From positions 18,786,001-18,850,000 of the forward strand of contig NC_047071.1 in assembly GCF_902459465.1 (NCBI RefSeq): DNA of 64,000 nt, written 5' to 3'. Source of the stretch: Asterias rubens. Its lineage: Eukaryota. The notes beneath the pieces were generated by a model. It saw nothing but the letters and a program-made list of their open reading frames with translations. It did not search any database and was not told where the DNA came from. Below, piece after piece: positions 49,787 through 60,472 of this stretch; position 1 is the stretch's first letter, and each line of letters starts with the position of its first letter. The position numbers and the translations under genes are program-made.

Positions 49787-49930
49787 GATGACACAGTACA
49801 GTGTCCTTTCATGTGAGCTTCACATTATTCTACTGGTGTTTTCATACCGTTGAAAAGCAATGAGAACACGTTTTCTCTCGTTCTCGAAATGAAGACAAAG
49901 GTTGATCAACAGCTACAGACACCTAATGGC

Positions 49931-49950
49931 CTTGAACAAGAAAGTAAAGT
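49931..49950 (-). other. Candidate 3' splice acceptor of a 5'-UTR intron of gene B
   Basis: Minus strand reads CTTTACTTTCTTGTTCAAG|GCC at 49931/49930, 144 nt upstream of the ATG at 49786. Confidence 0.4.
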
Positions 49951-50999
49951 TCATGATTAGTTATGATGTATGTAACATTCATTTATTTAATGAAAACTGA
50001 AGTTGTAAAGGAATTTATGCTATTATATAAGCGCTTACAAGCAAAGTATCATCAATATATAATGGGTTCGAAACTTCAAACAGACGGAATGACAATAACA
50101 TAAATATTGATAATATGAATGTAAATTACTGAATACGACACAATACAATTAAAAAAGGTTGATGTTATTAAAAACAAAAATAGCCAGCTGCAACCGTTTT
50201 ACGAAACTAACACTAGGCCTAATTCTACACATCGCTGTCCTATCAGTTGTACCCTGCACATAATCAGTGGTGCATTCTTGGTTGCAAAGTGCCTTTTTTA
50301 ATTGTGTCACGCGTATCCCATTAAATCTTAGTTACCTATCTGGGCCTATTCAATTAAGTAAAGGTACAGTAAACTACGTTTCAAGTACGTCCAAACTAAC
50401 AAATTTTATTAAAAAAAACTTTCTTTACAATTTAATTTTCTGTTGTAGGCTTTTGATACCCTATTAAGGCCAGGATGACTCCTTAACCAATTTCAATTAG
50501 TCAAATGTATTGAAACCACTATAGCCAATAACTTACTTTACTGTTGTTAGAGTGCAGTTAACCTGACCTATATGCTATCCCAACGAATGTTAAAAAGATA
50601 CATATTGTGGTATCAAGCAAATGATACCTGCTAAATGTCAAGTTAAATTAGCTGTCTATTTCGTTTAGATTGTTTATTCGTCTTGGTTGTGTTTATATGC
50701 GGAAAACATGTTTTTTGTTTGTTTATTTATTTGTTATTGTTTTTTGCTGTGTGTGTCGCTTTTCAGCATATCGTTTTCAGCGATGTGTTAATTGAACAGC
50801 ACTACAAAACATATGTCAATGTGTTAATGCATTTATTTGTTTGTCTACAGTTATTGTCGGGTAGACAGAGCGGAACAGAGAGGGGAATCAAATTAATTTA
50901 CAGAAAGCTTCAATTTACATTCGAAAATTTTCAACATCTGGAATGGTTGTTTTTTGTGTGAATGGCACTCTGGGATGTCTGTTCTTCGCATATTAACTA

Positions 51000-52117
51000 A
51001 ACTGCGCCAATAAAGTATCTAAACACTTACACATGGTCAGATTTATCGGAACCTGAAATAGTATACAAAAATTTAATTGTTCGTTTCTATTCACCGTTAA
51101 TTTCTGCACGTTTTGACACATCTTGTGTTGCGCTACGATGTTGTTTGGTGGATTTATGGACACTTGAGTGGCTTAAGGTCGAATTTCAAAAGTTGCAAAA
51201 GCCCCTATTCACCCCAATTCCAAAAGGGAACTCACATAAGCATCACACTCAGACAAAATCAAGACAAAAGACACAAACTCGTTTCGTTTACATGACCATG
51301 AAATTAATTGCCGTATCTTTAACTCTAAAACTGCTGTTATCCTGTCCTCCATCATTGTCCTGAACGGCAAGGGGTCGTCTTCTCATACTCTCAATGAGAC
51401 CTCTGATCTGTCCCTGGTCAATCCCCTGCCATTTCCTGATCAGGATGCGTCGCAAACCCCTCGAGAGTGGTGTCAGGCTTTATGGACTTGTTCACTTTCT
51501 TCTTCTGCTGCAGAAGTCACCCCCAGACGGCCACTCCTTGGCAGGTCGTCCACATTTCCCTGAGCTTGGTAGCGATTCCACCATTTACTGACCGTCGCTG
51601 GTGACGTTTTTACCTGATGAGCTGCAGCTCACATCGACGTACCGGCTTCTATCAAACCAACGATCCGTCCTCTTTTCTGTTTGTTCGTTTGAGCCATCTT
51701 TCCGGTTATCTTGAAACACCTTTCCCTGTCTTACCATTGTTGTATGCCTCCCATCTTTGACCCCTTTGCTTGGTTCCTGACAATTATTGGTGAGTATGTT
51801 CATCGCAACCGATTTATCCAAAACGCGACCAAAAAAAATCATTATTTTATAAAAGGCGAGCAAAAAAAACTCAGATCTTACTCGTCACAATACAACGATT
51901 TAACTTGAATAGGGGCTTTTGCAACTTTTGAAATTCGACCTTAAGCCACTCAAGTGCCCGTAAATCCACCAAACAACATCGTAGCGCAACACAAGATGTG
52001 TCAAAATGTGCAGAAATTAACGGTGACTCGAAATGAATAATTATTTGTTGGCATACTGTTTCAGGTTCCGATATATCTGACCATTTGTAAGTGTTTAGAT
52101 ACTTTATTGGCGCAGTT
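51000..52117 (-). mobile_element. Tc1/mariner DNA transposon, internally deleted, non-autonomous
   Basis: 212 bp TIRs at 51000-51211 and 51906-52117 (about 15 mismatches by eye), starting AACTGCGCCAATAAAGTATC. TA duplications at 50998-50999 and 52118-52119. Transposase remnants lie inside. Confidence 0.92.
51330..51697 (-). pseudogene. Tc1-family transposase remnant (N-terminal HTH plus extreme C-terminus; DDE domain deleted)
   Basis: From ATG 51697: MAQTNKQKRGRIVGLIEAGTSM*AAAHQVKTSPATVSKWWNRYQAQGNVDDLPRSGRL, a Tc1-type HTH with a GRP-like PRSGR motif and a premature TGA at 51631-51629. In another frame: LRRILIRKWQGIDQGQIRGLIESMRRRPLAVQDNDGG, resembling the Tc1 C-terminus. Confidence 0.85.
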
Positions 52118-52449
52118 TATGTCAAATAATATTATTTCGCAGACCTTCATAAAATAAAATTATATACACTTCAACAGGTGTGTCTATGTTGAGAGTTTTT
52201 TTACAAAAGTATAATTTTTCGATAAAGGAAACATATGTGTGTTATAACTGCACATGTTGCCGTTTTCAGAAGTGTGAATCTGGCTTGCTTTATCAGGTTT
52301 GTGTTAATCGTTTCTCTGTTGTTGTTTTAACGAGAAATTAAATTTTGTGTGGAATAGAAGAAGAAAAAAAGGGAAAAACAAATCGAAAGGGTCCTGAAGC
52401 TGCCTGAGGGAACGTACGGACTATTGGTTCTGAATAATATGTGTAGAAG

Positions 52450-52485
<36 letters not shown>

Positions 52486-53349
52486 GGGGGGGGGGTTGGG
52501 GTATGGAGGGGCGTTCCCTTTTCTTACATTTATTAGCGATATAAATTTACTTCAACGAAAACCGTAGCGATTTATTGTTGCTGAAATCCTTTAAAAATGT
52601 TCTCATTTGGTGTGGAAGTTAAGTATTCTTCCAGCGTGGACATAATCGCTCCAGATCTTCGGCGATATCTCAAAAACGCGACCACCTTTAAGTGATATTT
52701 CCAAGGGTTCCTAAAACCTTCTACATTCCCTTTAATATACCATTGTCAGAGTCAAGGTTACTTTCAAGGCAGACCACCACAGCATAACAGGTCATTGGAA
52801 CAAATCGATCAAGCGATTGAGCATGTGGTTTTATACAGTTGACGAGTCCACGAAAATATTCCTCACTCCTGAACATTGCCCGCAGCGAAACACCCCGACA
52901 TGAGTTATTATGATTAAAATAACAATTTCGTGACGAATCTAGAACGAATTCGATAAAAGGACAAAGGGAATGGCTGATGAAAATCTGCGATCAGGCAAAG
53001 GGAAATTATCGGGGAAATCATAATGGAATGGCGTCACTCAAGGGGAAACAAAGTACTGTTTTTCAGGATGTATGTTTGGGGCGCATAAACAGATAGTGTT
53101 TATGTAACAAAAAACACATTGCAGAAAGGTTGTCGCACACATGTGTCTTGCAATAATTATATTGCCACATTTTACACAAGAAGAAGTCGGGAGAACATTA
53201 CAAGAATACAACATTAAACCATGCCTTTTTCTCGTCGCGCAAATGTATGCTTCCAATTTTGAGTTCACTTGTTGACGTCATGACAAGATACAATTTACAA
53301 ATCCACCCCGTGACTCGTGTATGCACAGGCTGCCTGATGTCGCTACAAA

Positions 53350-53723
53350 TTCAAGGCCCTGGACACGTTTGGTAATTTCCAATGAGACCAGTAGTCTCAC
53401 TTGGTGTAGCCCAACACACATGTATGCCTAAAGTAACAAACCTGTGAAAATGTGGGCTCATTTGGTCGACTAATTTGAAAGAGGAAAGACAAAAACGTTA
53501 TGTTGCTCAACTTGTGCTTCCAGATGCATAGTAAAAGGCTTCAGCTAAAGTGGTTTATTATTATGAGAGAGAAATTACCCCTTTCTTAAAACTATGTTAC
53601 TTCAGAGAGAGCCATTTCTCGCAATGTGTTATACTATCAACAGTTCTCAATTGCTCGTTACCAAGTACGTTTTTATGCTAAAATTTATGTTGAGTTTTTG
53701 CCAATAGTGTCCAGTGCCTTTAA
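53350..53723 (+). mobile_element. Kolobok-like MITE family 1, AAAAGGCTTCAG subtype
   Basis: GGCCCTGGACACGTTTGGTAAT ... CCAATAGTGTCCAGTGCCT-TTAA. Confidence 0.85.
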
Positions 53724-55533
53724 GGTAAAACAAAAAATAAACAAGAAATAAACAAGAAGAAACGAGCAAAATTACAGTTGTACCCAAATGTCGATAATGT
53801 CAATTAACATCACCTCACTCTCAACAATTCTCGAGTGATAATTACTGACCGTCTAATGGCACATTTATAAATAATAAGCACAGGCAACTTTAATTATGTT
53901 CATTTTAAATTTCTAAGAAATCGCACAGGCTTAGGATAATTGAATACGTCGCCTGATGCTTTGCTATGGAATCATCCACGAAATCTAAAGAATGAGGCGG
54001 CAGATTTGTCATTGTCAACAATTACATTGAACCTTTACTGAACCACAACGAAAGGGTTTGAATTTACATTAATTTTGAGGATTGAGTAACTAAGGAAAAA
54101 CGTATGTGTTGGGCATACGGTACACTTTCAATGCGATGTACTTGAACTTAGATAATAACTTGTGGCGGTTGCTTGTTGGACTAATTGCTATATGCTGTAT
54201 ACAGAATATTTGCTAACCAAACATGAATTAAAGAATCAGTCAGAGAAAAACTATTATGCAAGTTCTACTTGCAACTTGTCCATATTATTAGCTAAATTGT
54301 GCTCATTATATGCAACTGTTATTGTTTATGTGCTTAGAAAGTCGGTGTAGTTGACAGCACTGAAACTTACCAACTTATATGTTGTTGAAAGAGTGCTAAT
54401 TTGCGTTTTTAAACAATAAATGGTGTATTCAACCAACAGGTTGGGCACAACTATTTGTGAGTCGAGAATTCGCAACTTGAACTCCAATTGTATCTTTAAA
54501 TTTGTCAAATTTTGAGTGACAAGTTTTACCATATAACTGCTCATTGCGCGGATGATTGTTTTATTATTAATTTAGTTTGAATTGTATCACAATTGTGTTG
54601 TTTTTCCATATGTATTTCTCAATTTTGCAGATTTAATTTATATAGATCACTATTCCAACGACTGAATTATATGATGCCAGGTAATTAGCAATTGAACGCA
54701 TGACATTCATTCAGTTCATGTCAGATTTCTAAAAACAAAAATAAGCTGCACCTTTAAATAATAATAAATGCGGTCCTAACTTCGAGTACGACTCGATTCA
54801 TGTGAATAAATTCTGAAGTAGAAATCGCTTCAAGCGTTCACGGTGTTCAAATAAAATTATGGTATTGTCAATCTGTCTGGAACCGGGCGATAAGGTGTCG
54901 AGTTCATCTCTAGGGATGTTAGGGTATGGTCAGAGCATCACTCAAAGGGCGCCAAAATCCATTCAAGATTCCTTCCTTGAAAACCCTTCTCCCGTACTCT
55001 GGACAATAGACCCGGGCTTGTAAAAAGATAACTTGAGATTTAAGAAGAAGAAGAAGGGATTATAAACATAACTACATGTTTATCGTCTGTGACGTGTGGG
55101 ATCCGGAGGGTGAAACTTTAGCAAGGTTTGTCGGCTTTACTTTGAAGAGATGATTTCAAAGAAGACACACAATTGCTTGTGAGTAGCTTGCATAATGCAT
55201 GTATAATCCGACATGACATTTTATTTTGCATTTTTCTTTTAGTTTTCCGCGTAAAAATGAAAGGTATTAGAAATGAAAGGGTTTACAAACACATAGCAAT
55301 GAATTAGTGGTTGGAATTCGTGCTCTTATACACAGTAGATGATGTTCCACATAAGGCATATCCATGTCAACATTCGATACCTCAAATTGTCATCACTAAC
55401 TCATAATAACTTAAGTGGATTACTGGTGTCGTCATATATGGCCTCCCATCTGTTAGCGTAATTCTGTGACTTTTGTTTCTGTAAATGTAATAAAATAATT
55501 CTCTTCATACGCATAAGCGGATTATGTTAACAT

Positions 55534-56183
55534 TTAAAGCCATAATACACTTTCGGCACAGAGAAAAAAAAGTTCACAGTTTTACAAATAACTTTACAGA
55601 AGGTAATGGTGAAAGACTTCTCTTGAAATATTATTCCTGGAATGCTTTACTTTTCGAGAAAATATTAAAACAATTATCAATTCTCGTTGTCGAGAATTAC
55701 GGATTTATTTTTAACACATGTCATGACACGGCAAGACTTGCAGAAACAAGGGTGGGTTTTTCCTTGTTGTTTTATATATTATGGACAACACTGTTTCCGA
55801 AAGTGTCCAAGGTAATTTTGCTGTATTTTGCTATACTCTTTTTTGCCTAATGTTTGTAAAACACTGTACAGCGTTTTGAGATTTGTTATGTAAGACGCTA
55901 TATTAAAAACAAATTATTAGTATTATTATTATTATTATTATTTTTATTTTTATTATTATCAATTCTCGACAACGAGAATTACGGTTTTATGTAAACACAT
56001 GTCATGACACGGCGAAACGTGCGGAAACAAGGGTGGTTTTTTTTTTTTCGGTTATTTTCTCCCGACTCCGATGATCGATTGAGCCTAAATTTTCACAGGT
56101 TTGTTATTATATACATAAGTTGTGATACACGAAGTGTGGGCCTTTGGACAATACTGTTTACCGAAAGTGTCCAGTGGCTTTAA
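55534..56183 (-). mobile_element. Kolobok-like element related to family 1 at its ends, with an internal duplication
   Basis: TTAA-AGCCATAATACACTTTCGG ... CCGAAAGTGTCCAGTGGCT-TTAA. The segment AATTCTCGTTGTCGAGAATT...ACACATGTCATGACACGG...GAAACAAGGGTGG is related between about 55678-55810 and 55960-56170. Confidence 0.75.
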
Positions 56184-57737
56184 ACAATACAAAGCTGCAG
56201 CGGTACTTCTTATCAAAGTTCAGAGTCATTACCTGTCAAACAATACTTGTTTGAATGTCAAGGTCATCAAGCACTGAGAGAAATACACTTCTTTGAAATG
56301 AATAATCCGTTGCAGCATTGTAGTATTGAGCTTTTTACTTTGTTTGCCAGGTTAATGCATTCTACCCCAGTCTACTGCATTTATGATCTTATCGATTAGA
56401 CAATAACGAGAAAATTAATTTGTGAAGTTTGTGTACGAATGACCAATTGATTATATTGTGGTTGTTCAGGAAGTAAACGATTTATGTAATTACAACTCAA
56501 GTTCACTAATTGAAGTCACAATACGATAATGCTTGGGTACTTGAGGTATGTCTGTACTTTAAATAAATAATTATGCCTTTGAGAAAGACTCTGCTACAAA
56601 GTAAAAACGAGAGGACAGCTCGCATATGTTGTGTTTCTGAAAAATATATCATAAATTTTGCTCGAAATGTTACCACGTGAGAAGACAATTCTTCGATCGA
56701 TCGTTTTTATCACAACTGTTTCATCACGTCAAGATAAAACATTGTATATTGCGACACTTATCAGTTCGTTGAACATTTCATCAAGGTGGAGCCATAATTT
56801 ACCAAACAGTTCAAAGAAAAACCAGCTGTCACCCGCTGGAACTAATCACTATTCTCTATTCACTGTTCACACAATGTTGCACAAGTCATTGATCCTACTA
56901 GAATATAAACATCAGCAGAACAGACAATTTTGAGCGACTGGAAGTACAGTGAAGTGAAAAGGTAAAAGTGCTAGGTCGAATTATTGTTACATTGTCGTTA
57001 ACTATTGCAGTGTATGATTTGTATATATGGCTACACAAACTCACGTTCATCAACCCCCCCCCCCATTTCTTTTCGAATTTACAGATAAATGACTACTTAA
57101 AAATAACTGGGTAGCCTTGTTGGTAAGCTATATGAAATTTGCAAACATGGGCAACTTTTATGATAGGACAATGTCCTATTGAAATAATTCACATCCAAAT
57201 GATTATAGACAGATTTTATGAATAGTTTGTGTACCTTTCAGGTTTTGGTTATTCAAAATTTAGTGATTGTGTGTTCCTATCCATAAAGTAAGATTATCCC
57301 TTTTCCTTAATATTACTGATGGCTTTCGAGAAAGACTGTTTTTCTTCAGTTGGTTGAAGTGTTCCGAGCTTAGTCGGATGCACAAAGATGCGCTCCCAAC
57401 AGTTCGTAGAGGGGAAGACTGAATGAAGCAAGGTTTTCATAAGAATCCTCTTGAAAGGTAGGTTCATAGATTAGAAAATATTCAACCAATTTGATGACCA
57501 AAAAAACTCACTTAATATGAAGCACTGCAGCTGTTGACAGTATAAACTATTCAAGAAAGGATACACATCAGAGTAATATACATGGTTTGTAGAGTTTCAC
57601 CCATCCCCGCTCCGAACTTCTCGGTTCATGCATGATTCGTTTTGGTTCTCGATTCAAGGGATCTGTGTACATTCAGAGATGCAGTTCTTGGTACCCAGTC
57701 ACCTCGCTAAGTTAACATGGATGGATTGTGTAAACCT

Positions 57738-58094
57738 TTAAGAAACTGGACACTATTGGTAATATTTATTGTCAAAAACCGGTCTTCTCGCTTAGTGTAT
57801 CTCAACATACGCATAAAATAACAAACCTATGAAAATTTGAGCTCAATCGGTCGTCGAAGTTGCGATATAATAATGGAAGAAAAAAACCTTCACTCTTGTC
57901 ACACGTCAAGTTGTGTCCTGTCAAGTGGTGTGCTTTCAAATGCTTGATTTCGGGACCTCAAAATAAAATTATGAGGTCTTGATATCAAATTCGAGGAAAA
58001 TAATTTTTTTCCCGAAACAACGTTACTTCAGAGGGAGTGATTTTATATGCAAAAAAATTATTTTGAGTAATTGCCATGCATGCAGTGCCTTTAA
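57738..58094 (+). mobile_element. Kolobok-like MITE family 1
   Basis: TTAAGAAACTGGACACTATTGGTAAT ... GCAGTGCCT-TTAA with the GGACCTCA...TGAGGTC hairpin. Confidence 0.85.
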
Positions 58095-59605
58095 TGTTGC
58101 TTGTTGCTGGTCTTTCAACAAGTAGTTCCAGCTGAAATATTCGCATGCGACTTGTATTGTATACTTTGTTTAAAATATGCCTGTATCGGCATTACCTTAA
58201 TAAATAGGCAAAATAATCAACTCTACCTTTAAGGCCCCTGCTAAGTTGAACTATTACATGCATCATAAACAGACACTGAACGTTCACTGACACCTTTATG
58301 CAAATGAGCTGTCAACCTGTGCCCAACCCGTACGCGAAACAACACGTGTGACTAAAGGTGTCAACAATTACACGTTCAACTAATGTCATATCGATTCATA
58401 ACGACACGAGTATAATGATAGGGACGTCAAAAACCTTCGCGCATCAAACGAAATGTCAATATGAGGAGGATCTTGTGAAATGGTAATAAAGTAGCGTCAG
58501 ACAATCTTTGAAGACAAGTTCAGGGACTAGATTGACATATTTGCCCGTACAAGGATGCAAGTTTAGACCACCCCCACCCCCACCCCCACCCCACCTCGAC
58601 CTCGGCCAAATATAGGTTGGTGCCGAACAGTTGATATCTTCTCATGATGACAGGATGGGTGTATTGGCCTTATGGTCGAGTTAGATCAATTGCAGACACG
58701 TGTCGGTGAAATCCGACATATGGCTGGAATGAAAACGACAGCTAGTCATCACTTACTTTTATATAGTCTGTATTTAGATATGTAAAGGTATTCGAATTCG
58801 GTGTCGAATAGTTTGTTTGTGGTGTGTAGGGGTGTTTGTTTACTTTACGTGTTTAGATCACTCTATTATGTACACGTTCGTATACATTTTCTTATTGGGG
58901 CTCAAAGTGAATTCATTTATTGTACTTTAAAATAAAACAATTGATTCGGAATTACAACTGAGAACCAGATGAGTGGAGTCTTTCTGAGCCAGGATAGTTT
59001 TTTGGAAAATTTCAACTTTGATGTCACAGAAATGTATGATAAGAATAGACAAGTCTTTCTCAAAGTCTAGGGTCGAAACCTAAGGGTCACTAACTGTGTC
59101 TTGCATTTTGCCATATGTCGTTTTGGTTAGTAAGCAATTTTCAACAGCTTATTGTATTTTCTCAGGGGGAAAAGGGTTAGTAGTTAAAAAGCTGATGTTC
59201 AAAATAAAAAAAGGTAAGTTACAGTTCAGAGCTGCAAAGTAACTGAAAGTATATAAGAGCATCACCATCGCAATGTACTATTTTGACGATAGTGTCGCAG
59301 TGATAATGAAGGCGATATGCTAATAAAAACCATTATGATACCGCGTATAACCATTAGCACTCTGCTTGAAACACTTGCCCCAGAAAAGGCCCGAATTTAT
59401 TCAATGTTAGGAAACGCAAAGTAGAGATAAAAACCCATTAAGGATCTCTCTCCATGCAGTATTCACAGTACAAAACCCGGTACCGGTTGCATTATCGTTC
59501 ATGTTTGAGTTATCTCCATACTGCCGGATCAATAGTGGTTTGAACGACGCCCTAATTTGTTTGTTTTTTAACCACTCTATCCACTGATCACCACCTCGGT
59601 AACCC

Positions 59606-59946
59606 CAACCTCGTCCCCAATTTATTTTCAAACATGTTTACAATACGAAACCCTGGGATGGAAACTCCTTACTTGGACCCTGATTGGACAACGACTTTAC
59701 AATATTAGAAATGATGTTACATATCCATAAGGTACAGCCAGCCGCCGGCAACCAACAATGTACAAACAAGCTATTAAATCTGGTGCCGTACTACGAGATT
59801 ATGACGAAAATGTGGATTCCGAAAAGTAGCCAGACTATTTCAATGTGCATACGTATACAACAATGTTGGATATGCAAATGATCCAACACCAGGGTGAGAG
59901 AGCGGTCAACCTTGTAACCGCTCGACACACCCTGGGGACGAGGTTG
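59606..59946. mobile_element. Putative MITE with CAACCTCGTCCCCA TIRs
   Basis: CAACCTCGTCCCCA at 59606 and TGGGGACGAGGTTG ending at 59946; no clear TSD. Confidence 0.45.
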
Positions 59947-60021
59947 CGGTACCCCCGACTCAACGCAGACCTCTTTTTTGTTTTCATACTTGAAGTTCTC
60001 TGCCTCCCTGGGAGAATTCCA

Positions 60022-60472
60022 TTAAAGGCACCGGACACATGCGGTAAATTCCAAAGACCAATTTCCTTACTTGGTGTATCTCAACGTAAAATAAGCTAAC
60101 TGTGAAAAACGAGTTTGGAAGAGAATAAACACCCCCGTTGCAACACTTTGTGTGCTTTCAGATGTACAATAATCAGATGAAGTAATCACCTCTTTCTTCA
60201 GAGGGAGCCGTTTCTCACAACGTTTATACTAAGAGTAAATGTGATTAGTAAACTTGCGGGTACAACCACGAGTAACATTTCATTTGAAGGAGTGGTGGCT
60301 CCTTCAAAAGAGATTTTACTCGTGGTTGTACATTTATATTTACTCTTATTCTCCACACCATGCAACGCTTCAAACACCTGTTAATGTTTATACTCTCCAT
60401 TGCTCGTTAGCAAGTAAGTTGTTATGCCAACACTTGTTTTGAGAAATGACCAATAGTGTCCAGTGCCTTTAA
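60022..60472 (+). mobile_element. Kolobok-like MITE family 1 with a nested palindromic insertion
   Basis: TTAA-AGGCACCGGACAC ... GTGTCCAGTGCCT-TTAA, with an extra ~164 bp at 60231-60394. Confidence 0.85.

Noticed and set aside
51585-51863. 92 aa ORF, briefly considered a LINE RT fragment
   Set aside because: It overlaps the Tc1 transposase remnant in a different frame; the HTH frame starts at 51697.
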